This document shows positions 29,707 to 40,015 of a DNA stretch of 64,000 nt, piece after piece. Below the pieces are notes generated by a model. The model was given only the letters and a program-made list of their open reading frames with translations. It had not been told where the DNA came from and did no database searches. Where the stretch lies: contig JAAYYE010000009.1 in NCBI GenBank assembly GCA_012515515.1, positions 35,818-99,817 on the forward strand, in the 5' to 3' direction. The stretch is from Minisyncoccota bacterium (GTDB taxonomy: Bacteria > Patescibacteriota > Microgenomatia > UBA1400 > PJMF01). Within the stretch, counting starts at the first letter, position 1. Every line of letters begins with the position of its first letter. The translations under genes were made by a program, and so were the position numbers.

Positions 29707-30735
29707 TTATTCTTTTGGTGGTTCAATGCCGAAATATTGATAGGCTTTTTTGGCAACAATCCGCCCTTGGGGTGTGCGCCGAATAAAACCAATCTGCATT
29801 AAATAGGGTTCTAAGACTTCTTCAACGGTGCCGGCATCTTCACTAATGCTGGCAGAGAGAGTTTTTAAACCAACTGCTTTGCCGTCATGTTTTTTAATGA
29901 GGGCCATCAGTAAACGACGATCATTTTCGTCAAGACCAAGCTCATCAATTTCAAAAATTTTTAAGGCTTGTTCAACAATAGCGCTATCAATTTGTTCTTT
30001 TTCTAAAATTTGAGCAAAATCGCGGACCCTTTTTAAAAGCTTGAGGGCAATGCGCGGTGTGCCGCGAGCTCGTTTGGCTAGGGAGAGCCGAGCGGGTCGA
30101 TCAATTTTGCTGCCCAATTTTTTACTGGCAACATCAATAATTTTCTCTAATTCTTCTGGTTGATAATACTCTAAGCGATGAATAATGCCAAAACGATCAC
30201 GAAATGGCCCGGTGAGCAAGCCAAAGCGAGTGGTGGCACCAACCAGAGTAAATTTAGCCAAATCCAGCCGCACCGTTCGGGCACTGGGGCCCTTACCAAT
30301 GACAATATCTAGGGCAAAATCCTCCATGGCTGGATAGAGGGTTTCTTCAACAGCTTTGGGTAAGCGATGAATTTCATCAATAAATAAAATATCGCCATCT
30401 TCTAGGTTGGTTAAAATAGCGGCTAAATCACTGGTTTTTGACAGGGCTGTGCCAGAAGTAATACGAAAATTAACTGCCATTTCTTTGGCAATTAATTGAG
30501 CCAAAGTGGTTTTGCCCAGACCAGCTGGGCCATAAAATAACAAATGATCTAGAGCTTCTTTGCGTTGTTTAGCCGCATCGATGGCAATTTTCAAAGATTT
30601 TTTAATATTTTCTTGACCTAAAAACTCTTGCCAATCATTGGCACGCAAGGATGTAAAAAGTAATTCCTCGTCTGTAGTATTAATTAAATGTGGATCAATT
30701 TTTTGTTGACTTATGTTCTTTTTTTCTTGACTCAT
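29707..30735 (-). CDS. ruvB: Holliday junction helicase RuvB
   Basis: GPAGLGKTT, FIDEIHRL, YPAMEDF, RGTPR. Confidence 0.98.
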   Translation of the reverse strand: MSQEKKNISQQKIDPHLINTTDEELLFTSLRANDWQEFLGQENIKKSLKIAIDAAKQRKEALDHLLFYGPAGLGKTTLAQLIAKEMAVNFRITSGTALSKTSDLAAILTNLEDGDILFIDEIHRLPKAVEETLYPAMEDFALDIVIGKGPSARTVRLDLAKFTLVGATTRFGLLTGPFRDRFGIIHRLEYYQPEELEKIIDVASKKLGSKIDRPARLSLAKRARGTPRIALKLLKRVRDFAQILEKEQIDSAIVEQALKIFEIDELGLDENDRRLLMALIKKHDGKAVGLKTLSASISEDAGTVEEVLEPYLMQIGFIRRTPQGRIVAKKAYQYFGIEPPKE

Positions 30736-31319
30736 ATTTTTTTTCCGCTGGCAATTTGCAAGGCTTGTTTGATGGCAATGGCTAAATCTAGATTTTCTAC
30801 GTCAATTTGCTCCAAAGCCAGATTAATACTCTGATCATCAAAACCCAAGGCCAAGAGTGCATCGTAAACATCTTGTTTTTTCGGCGAAAGAGTGGCTAGA
30901 TTTAATTCTTTGAGGCTACCTAATTTACTCTTCAATTCAATAATAATTTGTTGAGCAAGTTTCTTACCTACGCGTGGCAAGGTGGTAAAAAAGCTCAAAT
31001 TAGCCTCTTGAACGGCCTTAATTAGTTGCTCTACTCCACCATTAATTAAGCCTAAGGCAGTTTTTGGCCCAACGCCAGAAACAGTTAAAACTAGTTGAAA
31101 AAGCTCTAATTCTTTTTCTTGAGCAAAGCCATATAAATCGAGGCGATCTTCTTTGACATGAGTAAAAATATGGGCCTCGAGTTCTTCCCCAGCTAGTTCA
31201 GCCTGCGCAGCTGTTTGAGCAAAAGTGCTGGTCGTAAAAACTCGATAACCAACACCAGCACAAACAATCACTAGATAATCTTTTTTTACTGAAACTGGGC
31301 CTTTTAAATAAGCAATCAT
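30732..31319 (-). CDS. ruvA: Holliday junction binding protein RuvA
   Basis: MIAYLKG, GVGY, LYGF, HhH motif VSGVGPKTA. Confidence 0.96.
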   Translation of the reverse strand: MIAYLKGPVSVKKDYLVIVCAGVGYRVFTTSTFAQTAAQAELAGEELEAHIFTHVKEDRLDLYGFAQEKELELFQLVLTVSGVGPKTALGLINGGVEQLIKAVQEANLSFFTTLPRVGKKLAQQIIIELKSKLGSLKELNLATLSPKKQDVYDALLALGFDDQSINLALEQIDVENLDLAIAIKQALQIASGKKI

Positions 31320-31816
31320 ATTTTTTTTAACTTTCTGCTTGCCTGATGACAAATGACCAGAGCGAGCGCGTCAAAAGTATCATCTATGATATTTTTTGCT
31401 TCGTTTTGATCAATTGCTAACTCTAATCTTACCATCTTTTCTACCGCTTTTTTATCGGCTCGTCCATAGCCAGTTATGGCTTGTTTGATTTGCAGTGGCG
31501 TGTATTGGCTAATTTTTATGCCTGCGTCAAGTAAATTGGCAATAATTAAACCACGAGCTTCACTGACTTTCATGGCACTGCTTTGATTTTTAAACCAAAA
31601 CAAGGTTTCAACAGCCGCTTCTTGAGGTTGGTAGCGCTGAATAATGGCACTTAAGTCGTCTAAAATTTGCTGAAATCGCTGCTCAATTTCTTCTTGTCGA
31701 TCGGTGACAATACAACCTTGATCAAAAATATGCCAAGCGCCAGGGTTTTTTTGAGCCACTGCCCAACCGAGGCGGTCGTAACCTGGATCAATGCCGATGA
31801 TAATGGGATTAGTCAT
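31316..31816 (-). CDS. ruvC: Holliday junction resolvase RuvC
   Basis: IGIDPG, YTPLQIK..TGYGRADK, DD..DALA. Confidence 0.96.
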   Translation of the reverse strand: MTNPIIIGIDPGYDRLGWAVAQKNPGAWHIFDQGCIVTDRQEEIEQRFQQILDDLSAIIQRYQPQEAAVETLFWFKNQSSAMKVSEARGLIIANLLDAGIKISQYTPLQIKQAITGYGRADKKAVEKMVRLELAIDQNEAKNIIDDTFDALALVICHQASRKLKKI

Positions 31817-31818
31817 GA

Positions 31819-33000
31819 CTATTCCTGATAAATTTTCCTCAGTTCACGCAGAATAATTTTGGCTGACTTTTGCCAATTAAATTGCTTAATGGCTAATTGT
31901 TTTTGTTTTAATAGTTGTTGATAACGACTTGGCTTTAATTGACTAAATTCCAACATTTTTTGAGCGATTTCTTGGTGATTTTGTGGGTCAACGGTGAAAT
32001 TGGCATCATGAAACAGCTCGGTCAAACTGGAATTGTTGGCCAGGATAGGCAGACAACCTGCTTCAATAGATTCTAGCGGTGGAATACCAAAACCTTCATA
32101 TAAAGAGAGTAAAAAACTTAATTTTGCTTGCTGATAGAGGGCTTTTTTAAAATTATCTGGCACAAAACCAGTGATAATTATTTTATCTTTAAAAGCAAAA
32201 TTTTTGATTCTATCTAATAAATCATCACTCAGCCAACCTATTTTGCCAGCAATGACTAGCTGAGGTGCCCGAGCTAGAGTGCGATCTTTAGCCTCTTTGC
32301 TAGTCGCCAACAAGTTCATCAAGAAAATATCGTAAGCCTTGACTAATGACACAATGTTTTTGCGAGGCTGCAAGGTGCCCAGATATAAAAAATAGCCTCG
32401 ATGGATATTGTGTTTTTTGAAAAATTGCCTAATAGCTGGCTGTTTAGCGCTTTTAGCAAAATTAGTAGCGGGCGGAGCAACAATAATATCTGTGGCTTCT
32501 CGGCCATAATACTTGACAATTTCTCTCTTAGAAAATTGACTGATCGTAAGGACTTTTCTTGCTTTTTTGACGCTATATTTTGTCCAAGATTGAAGTTGTA
32601 GTAAATCTTCGGGGCGAAACTGGTCGGGAAAGTGTAGATAGGCCAAATCCATGACGCTACTCACATAAGGAATTGGGCAAAAACGAGGTGCATAATGACC
32701 AGGAGTAAAGAAAAGATCATATTCATCTCGGTGTAAAAGTAAATGAATGGGTAGTGCCCATTGAGTCCAGAGCTTACTAGGCTGAACATAAACATAACGC
32801 CAATTTTTGCGGGCTTTAGGCAAGTCAGCAACTTTGGGATGAGCTAATAAAATAGTGATTTGCCAATGATGACTATTTTTGCAAAGTCGGTGTAGCTGAT
32901 CAATGATTTTCCAGGCATAAACATTAGAACCAACTCGATTTTTAACATTAGCCTCATTACCATCAATCGCTAGATGAATAATTTGTTTTTTTTGACTCAT
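31819..33000 (-). CDS. GT4 glycosyltransferase
   Basis: GTLQPRKN, YEGFGIPPLE. Confidence 0.9.
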   Translation of the reverse strand: MSQKKQIIHLAIDGNEANVKNRVGSNVYAWKIIDQLHRLCKNSHHWQITILLAHPKVADLPKARKNWRYVYVQPSKLWTQWALPIHLLLHRDEYDLFFTPGHYAPRFCPIPYVSSVMDLAYLHFPDQFRPEDLLQLQSWTKYSVKKARKVLTISQFSKREIVKYYGREATDIIVAPPATNFAKSAKQPAIRQFFKKHNIHRGYFLYLGTLQPRKNIVSLVKAYDIFLMNLLATSKEAKDRTLARAPQLVIAGKIGWLSDDLLDRIKNFAFKDKIIITGFVPDNFKKALYQQAKLSFLLSLYEGFGIPPLESIEAGCLPILANNSSLTELFHDANFTVDPQNHQEIAQKMLEFSQLKPSRYQQLLKQKQLAIKQFNWQKSAKIILRELRKIYQE

Positions 33001-34136
33001 TTACCCTGTTCTAAGGCTTTTCGATAGACCTCGGTAGTTAGACGGGCAGTTCTTGTCCAATTAAAAAGTTGCAGACGAATAATCATTTGTTGCATGCGGA
33101 TACTAGCAGCCTTCTTCTCTTCGGCTAATAAGAATTCTAAGCCGGCGCGGATGTCCTCAATGCTGTTGGGATTGACTAAGTGGGCAGCATTGCCCGCTAA
33201 TTCCTTAATTACTGGCAAATTACTACTTAAAACTGGTAAGCCATGAGAAAAAGCTTCAAGGATGGGTAAACCAAAGCCTTCATCTAAGCTGGGATAAGCC
33301 AATAATTCTGCATAATGATAAAGAGCGGCCAATTGTAGATCACTAACTTGGCCTAAAAAGTGCAGGTGTTGATGGCGAAACTGAGCGCTGCTGTCCCAGG
33401 CTTTTTCACCTGCCACAATTAATGAAACATCATTGGCTAAAGGCGCCCAAGCCTTAATTAGCCGTTCCAGATTTTTGCGAGGTTCACGGCTGCCAACAAA
33501 AAGAATATATGGCCGTTGCAGATTTAATGCATTTTTGAGGCGGACACGTAATTCAACATTATTAGCTAATCGATCGCTAGCCTGTTTAACTTCTCGAGGT
33601 AAAGCTTCATAAGTAACGGTAATTCGTTGAGGAGGAATTTGCAATAAGCGAACAATATCTCTTTTACTAGCTTCAGAGACTGTGATAATTTGGGCTTGAC
33701 GGCGTTTAAGAACTTCCCAAGAGCGTTGATGAGCCGCTAAAATTTTTGGATGAGCGGTTGCTGGATATTTTAAAATGGCTAAATCATGAATGGTAGAAAC
33801 TAGGGGTAAATTTTTATCGGGAGGTTGCAACCAATCCCAGCTATGAAAAACTTCGACTTGGGGCATGGTTTTTTTAAGTGGATGAAGCCCCCAAGCCCAC
33901 AATTTTGCCAGCAAGCGCGGAGGAATTTTACCCAGAAAAAGATCATATTTATCTGGTAAAACACTTTTTAGCTTGGTGTCTAGGGTTTTTTCTAATTGAC
34001 GATAGGCACGCAGGGAATTGCCATAAAGCAATAATTCAATGTCGCGCAACTCGAGTAAAGAGAGCATTAAATTGCTCGTATATCGAGAAACACCTCGCCG
34101 ATAAATTAAACTACTGACATCGAGACCCACCTTCAT
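32997..34136 (-). CDS. GT4 glycosyltransferase
   Basis: GVSRY, TIHDL, EPRKN, EGFGLPILEA; start moved to ATG 34136. Confidence 0.9.
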   Translation of the reverse strand: MKVGLDVSSLIYRRGVSRYTSNLMLSLLELRDIELLLYGNSLRAYRQLEKTLDTKLKSVLPDKYDLFLGKIPPRLLAKLWAWGLHPLKKTMPQVEVFHSWDWLQPPDKNLPLVSTIHDLAILKYPATAHPKILAAHQRSWEVLKRRQAQIITVSEASKRDIVRLLQIPPQRITVTYEALPREVKQASDRLANNVELRVRLKNALNLQRPYILFVGSREPRKNLERLIKAWAPLANDVSLIVAGEKAWDSSAQFRHQHLHFLGQVSDLQLAALYHYAELLAYPSLDEGFGLPILEAFSHGLPVLSSNLPVIKELAGNAAHLVNPNSIEDIRAGLEFLLAEEKKAASIRMQQMIIRLQLFNWTRTARLTTEVYRKALEQGK

Positions 34137-35754
34137 ATGCGGTAATACTTTCTTTGCTATACATTCTAACAAAACCAATATTAGGATAATCAATAAGGCC
34201 AATTTCTGCAAAAGCTAAATCTTTAATTAAAGCCGGCAGTTGATCTTGAGGATCAGTTAAATCTCGCAAATAATCAAAGAGCAAAACATAATCGTAGTCG
34301 CTGATGACTTTAATTTTGTTGGCTAAATCAGTTTCTGCAGGCAAATAAAAGCTTTGCGTAGCAAAAGTAGGGAATTTATTTTCTGTGTAATAGGCAAAGG
34401 GAGCAAAAGGCGCGCTAAAAGAAAAGACAGCCACAGCGTTTTGTGAGGGAAAGTTATATTCGATTTGCTGAACAAGTCCTCGCCAGTTTTCTCTTTGTAA
34501 AGATGGCTTGTACCAATAAGTAATTAAAGCATAAAAATGAATGGCAAAAAGAGAAATTAAGAGTAAAAGTGCCAAAGATTGATGTTTTTTTTGAGCATAA
34601 AGAACGGCTTGGCTGATTAAAATAAAGAAGGCGGGCATGAGGAAAAGCACGCGTTTAGGTTGTAAGAGTGGAATAAAAAAGGAAAATAGCCACATTATTA
34701 GTAAAGGCGCTAGAAAAAAGTAAATAAAGAAAATTAAGCTCTGCTTGGTGCTTTTGAGTTTTCGTTGCTGAAAAAGTAAATAAGCAAGTAGACCAAAAAT
34801 AAGCAGAGCTGTGGCCACAAAAAAGACATTGACTTCTAAATCTAGTAAACCATAGATAAATTTAAGCGGCACAAAAAGCAAGCTTTTTAATTGGGGTAAA
34901 CTGACCACCTCTGCCCAACCAGGCATCTGCTGGCGTAGGGCTTGGCCAACGCGAACTTGTTCTAGTAGCTTGGGCAACCAAGGTAAAAAGCCCAAGACAA
35001 TGGGAGTGACAATTAGTAATAATTTTTTAAAATCAATTTTTTTGACGAAAAAGAGGTGGGCCAATTGAGCCAGTAAAAAAAATGGATAAAGATAGCTGGA
35101 ATAGAGGCCGAGAAGATTAAAGATAATAAAAGCTAGAGTGTGCTTATTAAAGATTTTTACGGTGCTGGTGGTATTGGCTTGGGCGCTGTTGGCTGCTTTG
35201 CTTGCAGCGCTGCTCTTTGCTTTGGCAGCGGACTTTAAACTAGGCAAAGTATTTTCTTGACTCAAATCTAACAAGCTCAATAAACTCAAACAGCCCCACA
35301 TCATGGCTAAGCTATAAGGGCGCAATTCTTGGGAAAAATAAATATGTAGGGGTGAAGTAGCAAGTAAAAGAGCTGAAAAAAAAGCTAGAGCATGTTTTTT
35401 GCTGGTCTTAGCAGCATTAGTTTTAGCAGCACTGGTATTGGTAGCACTTGATTTGGTTTTTGGCCAAAATTTTAAGGCAATCTGGTAAGTAGCCCAAACG
35501 CTAACTAAGCCAGGGATGACGCTGGGCAATAATCTAACTAGAGCCTCACTGCGCTCTAGGCCAAATAAACCTAGAAACTTTAGCCAAAAAAAAGTGAGCA
35601 AGTGCATTAAAGGTGGCTGAAAATCGCCAGCGATCTGTAATTGCTCGGCTAGTGGTCGAGCGCTTTCTAAAACTTGGGCGGCTTCATCAAGCCAAAATGA
35701 ATCATTAAGTCTAATAAGACGCAAAATAAAAGCCAAAACTAAGATTAGAGTCAT
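34111..35754 (-). CDS. GT-C fold membrane glycosyltransferase (PMT_2/ArnT-like)
   Basis: SFWLDEA, QPPL, SQELRPY. Start ATG 35754 is supported by TTGTCA-17-CATAAT ending 7 nt upstream. Confidence 0.82.
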   Translation of the reverse strand: MTLILVLAFILRLIRLNDSFWLDEAAQVLESARPLAEQLQIAGDFQPPLMHLLTFFWLKFLGLFGLERSEALVRLLPSVIPGLVSVWATYQIALKFWPKTKSSATNTSAAKTNAAKTSKKHALAFFSALLLATSPLHIYFSQELRPYSLAMMWGCLSLLSLLDLSQENTLPSLKSAAKAKSSAASKAANSAQANTTSTVKIFNKHTLAFIIFNLLGLYSSYLYPFFLLAQLAHLFFVKKIDFKKLLLIVTPIVLGFLPWLPKLLEQVRVGQALRQQMPGWAEVVSLPQLKSLLFVPLKFIYGLLDLEVNVFFVATALLIFGLLAYLLFQQRKLKSTKQSLIFFIYFFLAPLLIMWLFSFFIPLLQPKRVLFLMPAFFILISQAVLYAQKKHQSLALLLLISLFAIHFYALITYWYKPSLQRENWRGLVQQIEYNFPSQNAVAVFSFSAPFAPFAYYTENKFPTFATQSFYLPAETDLANKIKVISDYDYVLLFDYLRDLTDPQDQLPALIKDLAFAEIGLIDYPNIGFVRMYSKESITAYEGGSRCQ

Positions 35755-35813
35755 AAGCCCCATTATGCCGATTTTCCTTCCCTCTGACAAGCGAAATTTG
35801 CTAGAATAAAGGC

Positions 35814-36860
35814 ATGTCAGATATTATTGATAAACATTATTTAACAAACAAAACGGTGGTAATTACTGGTGCTGGAGGATTTATTGGTTCTCACCTGGTC
35901 GATAGATGCCTACATTTTGGCGCAGTAGTGATTGGGGTAGATAATTTTATTACAGGTCGGCGCGTAAACTTGCGTCATTTAGCAGATAATCCCAATTTTT
36001 ATTTAATTGAAGCAGATGTGAGCAAGCCTAGCGAAGATTATTTAAGTTTAGCCATCGATCAGCTGCTCATTGAGCGACCAGAAGTGGCAAAAATTGATCT
36101 CATCTACCATTTAGCCTCGCCCGCCTCTCCTCCAGCCTATCAAAAAGAGCCGATTGCCACCTATTTGGTTAATTCTCTAGGCACCCACAATTTGTTGACA
36201 TATTTACAAGCTAATTATCCCCAAGCACGCATGGTTTATGCCAGCACTAGTGAGGTTTATGGTGATCCACAAATTCATCCACAAACTGAGGATTATTGGG
36301 GAAATGTTAATCCTAATGGAGCGCGCTCCTGCTATGACGAGGGTAAGCGCTTGGGTGAAACAATTTGTGGGGTTTTTCATCGCCTCTACCAAGTTGATGT
36401 GCGCATTGCCAGAATTTTTAATACTTATGGCCCGAGAATGCGCCCCGATGATGGCCGCATTTTGCCGAATTTTATTAATCAAGCGCTGAAAAAAGAAGCT
36501 TTAACGGTCTATGGCGATGGCAAGCAAACGCGCTCTTACTGCTATGTCAGTGATTTAGTTGAGGGTTTAATTAATTTAGGCAGCAAAGATGATTTGGCTG
36601 GTGTGACCGTCAATTTAGGTAATCCAGATGAATATACCGTGCTGCAAACAGCCCTCTTGGTGCAAAAAATTATCAATGAAGAAATTACCAAAGGTGATGT
36701 GATTTTTAAAGAATTGCCACTTGATGATCCAAGCCGCCGCCAACCAGACATTAGCAAAGCCCAAGAATTGCTTGATTGGCAGGCAAAAATTGAATTTCGT
36801 GATGGTTTAGCCAAAACAATTGAGTATTTTGGCAGTGAAGAAGCACAAATTTTAGAGTAA
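35814..36860 (+). CDS. UDP-glucuronate decarboxylase (UDP-xylose synthase)-like SDR
   Basis: GAGGFIGSHL, HLASPASP, ASTSEVYGDP, YWGNVNP, YDEGKR. Confidence 0.88.
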   Translation: MSDIIDKHYLTNKTVVITGAGGFIGSHLVDRCLHFGAVVIGVDNFITGRRVNLRHLADNPNFYLIEADVSKPSEDYLSLAIDQLLIERPEVAKIDLIYHLASPASPPAYQKEPIATYLVNSLGTHNLLTYLQANYPQARMVYASTSEVYGDPQIHPQTEDYWGNVNPNGARSCYDEGKRLGETICGVFHRLYQVDVRIARIFNTYGPRMRPDDGRILPNFINQALKKEALTVYGDGKQTRSYCYVSDLVEGLINLGSKDDLAGVTVNLGNPDEYTVLQTALLVQKIINEEITKGDVIFKELPLDDPSRRQPDISKAQELLDWQAKIEFRDGLAKTIEYFGSEEAQILE

Positions 36861-36870
36861 ATAAGGGAGC

Positions 36871-38124
36871 ATGAAGCCACTTATAAAACTTTTTCAGTCT
36901 ACTGCCGGTCGACAATCCTTAATGACCACCGTTGCCAATTTTTTAGCGGCTGGCTTGATGGCAGTGGCGATGATTATCCTTGGTCGAAGGATGGGGCCAG
37001 TTGATTTTGGCACTTTTTCAGTGGGCGTGTCTTTGATGTTGATTTTTCATCAAGTCATTAATGTCGGTTTTAGTCAATTAATCCCCCGTTTTGTGGGTAA
37101 TTGGTATCAAGAGCCACAAAAACAAAAAGCCTTTTTAGCCCACGTTTTATTTTGGCAAGGCTTATTAGCTTTGATCTTGCTGATAGTAGTTGGGTTATTT
37201 TTGCCAAATCTGGCAAAAATATTAAATTATCCCCATTCAACAATGATTTTACTAAGTGCCTTAGGTGCGGTTTTCTTCGCTTTTTATAGTTATTTATTTA
37301 ATTTATTTATTGCCAAACAAGAATTTGCCAAAGCAGGTTTAATCAATATTTTACAAGCGACCTTTAAATTATTAGCTTTTCTAGCCATCATTTTTGCTTG
37401 GCAGAGCAATTTATTAGCCATTAGTAGCAGTTATTATTTAGCTTTACTGCTGGCTGGCTTAGTGCTGTGGGCTGTGAGCAAAGAGCAGTTATTTTTTAAA
37501 CCCAAAGCCCTGACAGGAAAATTAGCTAAACAGGTGAATCGCTTTTGGCTGCACAGCGCGATTGCCGCCATCAGTCTTGTTTTAATTGATAATTTAGATT
37601 TAGTGCTGGTGCAACAATCTTTGGGAGAGCACGCGGCTGGGCTTTATAGCGGAGCGATGAAAGTTGCCATGTTTTTAAGCATCATTGGCGCATCGCTTGA
37701 ATCAGTGCTGAATAGTCGCGTTGCCAGATACAAGGATAAAGCAGTACTCAAACAATTTCTTAAAAAAAGCCAAATCTTAATTATTTTAAGTTTAGTCTTG
37801 TTGCTCGCTGTTTTACCATTGAGCAAATATTTAATCATTTTTACTCTGGGAGCTGATTATTTAGCGGCTGACAGCATCTTGCGCTTATTACTGGTCAATG
37901 TTTTTTTGCTAATCCCCGTTTTACCCTTAACTGCCGTTTTTTATGCCATCGATCGACCTGGCTATTTTTCGACAACAGGTTTAATGCGTATCGTGATTAT
38001 TTTTGCTTTAAGCATTTGGCTCTTGCCTAAATTTGGTGCTGAAGCTGTGGCAGCCAGTAGAATCGTGGCAACGCTAGCAGTCTTGTTTTATAGTCTGGTG
38101 GTGGTGAGGAAGGAGATGAAATAA
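36871..38124 (+). CDS. Wzx-type oligosaccharide flippase
   Basis: About 12 TM segments with MOP-family pattern (R.MGP.DFG; D...V...LG..AAGLY). Confidence 0.8.
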   Translation: MKPLIKLFQSTAGRQSLMTTVANFLAAGLMAVAMIILGRRMGPVDFGTFSVGVSLMLIFHQVINVGFSQLIPRFVGNWYQEPQKQKAFLAHVLFWQGLLALILLIVVGLFLPNLAKILNYPHSTMILLSALGAVFFAFYSYLFNLFIAKQEFAKAGLINILQATFKLLAFLAIIFAWQSNLLAISSSYYLALLLAGLVLWAVSKEQLFFKPKALTGKLAKQVNRFWLHSAIAAISLVLIDNLDLVLVQQSLGEHAAGLYSGAMKVAMFLSIIGASLESVLNSRVARYKDKAVLKQFLKKSQILIILSLVLLLAVLPLSKYLIIFTLGADYLAADSILRLLLVNVFLLIPVLPLTAVFYAIDRPGYFSTTGLMRIVIIFALSIWLLPKFGAEAVAASRIVATLAVLFYSLVVVRKEMK

Positions 38125-38127
38125 GCT

Positions 38128-39033
38128 ATGCCATACTTAGCCAGCATCATCATCCCCACCCTGCTGAGCAACGAGCAATACTTGGCTAATTGTTTGTTAT
38201 CGCTTAATCAATCTGCACTGGGCAAGCATTTTTCAGCAAAAAAAATTCAAGTGCTTGTTGTTTTTAATACTGATCGTCAGCAATTTGCCAAAGCCCAAGC
38301 AGAGCTCAAAAATATGCTCAACAAGACAAGTGCAAATCAACAATTTACCATCGATTACTTGTGCTTGGAGCAAAACTTGGGTTTTACTGGAGCGGTCAAT
38401 GCAGGCATTGAGCAAGCCAAGAGCCAACATATTATTTTACTGAATGATGACACTGAAGTTGATAAAAACTGGCTTAAAGAATTGCTTTTGAAACAAGAAG
38501 TTACTGGAGCTGAGATGGTGGCAAGTAAAATTTATCTCAGTGATAAAAAAACTCTTGATTCTCAAGGTTTTGCTTTTGCCTGGCGAGGCAAAGCCGAAGC
38601 ATTGGATGAAAACTTAAAATGCTCGCTGAGTGATAAAAAAGATTATTGGTCAAATAATCCAGATTTATTACCCAAGAACAAGCTGCAAGAACCCTTTGGC
38701 CCAGATGCCGCAGCAGCCTTGTATACAAAAAATCTGTTTGAGAAAGTCGGCTTACTGGAAAGTGATTTTTTTGCCTATTTAGAAGATGTAGATTTAGCCC
38801 TGCGAGCTAGACAAGCAGGTATGAGCTGCGTATTGGCAGAAAAAGCGGTGGTTTATCATCATAAACATGCCACAACAAGCAAACAGCAAAAAAGCTTTAA
38901 GAATAAACAAGATTTACAAAATTGGTGGAAAATCATCATGAGAAGGTATAATTTTAAGATATGGAAAAAATTTGCTGGCCTCATTCTTATAGAAAGAGGG
39001 AGAAATTTAAAGGGATATTTAAACAGTTTGTAG
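38128..39033 (+). CDS. GT2 glycosyltransferase
   Basis: NLGFTGAVN, LLNDD, FFAYLEDVDL. Confidence 0.88.
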   Translation: MPYLASIIIPTLLSNEQYLANCLLSLNQSALGKHFSAKKIQVLVVFNTDRQQFAKAQAELKNMLNKTSANQQFTIDYLCLEQNLGFTGAVNAGIEQAKSQHIILLNDDTEVDKNWLKELLLKQEVTGAEMVASKIYLSDKKTLDSQGFAFAWRGKAEALDENLKCSLSDKKDYWSNNPDLLPKNKLQEPFGPDAAAALYTKNLFEKVGLLESDFFAYLEDVDLALRARQAGMSCVLAEKAVVYHHKHATTSKQQKSFKNKQDLQNWWKIIMRRYNFKIWKKFAGLILIERGRNLKGYLNSL

Positions 39034-39047
39034 TAAGATAAAAATAT

Positions 39048-39992
39048 ATGAAAAAAACAAGCAAAATATATGTGGCCGGACACAAGGGCTTGGTTGGATC
39101 AGCAATTATCAGAAATTTAAAGTCAAAAGGATACAGCAAGATCATTACAAAAAGCAGACTGGAATTAGATCTATTAAACCAGGCGGCAGTTGACAATTTT
39201 TTTGCGACAGAAAGACCAGAATATGTCTTTTTAGCGGCTGCCAAAGTGGGTGGAATCATGGCTAATTCAAACTTTAAAGCTGATTTTATTTATGAAAATA
39301 TTCAACTGCAAACAAATATTATCTATGCTGCCTATAAATATGCCAGCAAAAAACTCCTTTTTTTAGGCAGTTCTTGTGTTTACCCAAAACTTAGTCCCCA
39401 ACCAATAAAAGAAGAATATTTATTAACAGGCCCTTTAGAGCCGAGTAACGATGCCTATGCTATTGCCAAAATAGCAGGTATTGCCATGTGTCAAAGTTTT
39501 AGAGATCAATATCAAGCTAATTTTATTGCGGTGATGCCGACTAACCTCTACGGGCCAAATGATAATTATAGCCTCACCTCCTCACATGTCTTGCCTGCGA
39601 TGATTAGGAAATTCCATGAGGCAAAAATATCTGGTCAGATACCCGTTACCCTGTGGGGTACTGGTAGCGCTAAAAGAGAATTTCTTCATGTCGATGATTT
39701 AGCTGACGCCCTAGTCTATTTAATGAAAAATTACAATGACAGAGAAATTATTAATATTGGCACAGGCAAAGATTTAACTATTATGGAGCTGGCAGAGATA
39801 ATCCAAAAAGTAGTTGGTCATAAAGGCAAAATAATTTGGGACAAATCAAAACCAGACGGAACACCACGCAAATTATTAGATGTCAGCAAACTTCATGATC
39901 TGGGCTGGAAACACTCAATTGACTTACTGAGTGGTATAAAAGCCTCATATTCCTGGTTTATTAAAAACAAGCATAGTCTTAAAGAGAGATAG
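39048..39992 (+). CDS. fcl: GDP-L-fucose synthase
   Basis: AGHKGLVGSA, AAAKVGGI, GSSCVYPK, YAIAK, PTNLYGP, REFLHVDD. Confidence 0.93.
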   Translation: MKKTSKIYVAGHKGLVGSAIIRNLKSKGYSKIITKSRLELDLLNQAAVDNFFATERPEYVFLAAAKVGGIMANSNFKADFIYENIQLQTNIIYAAYKYASKKLLFLGSSCVYPKLSPQPIKEEYLLTGPLEPSNDAYAIAKIAGIAMCQSFRDQYQANFIAVMPTNLYGPNDNYSLTSSHVLPAMIRKFHEAKISGQIPVTLWGTGSAKREFLHVDDLADALVYLMKNYNDREIINIGTGKDLTIMELAEIIQKVVGHKGKIIWDKSKPDGTPRKLLDVSKLHDLGWKHSIDLLSGIKASYSWFIKNKHSLKER

Positions 39993-40015
39993 TTAAAAAT
40001 GAAACTTAATAATAA

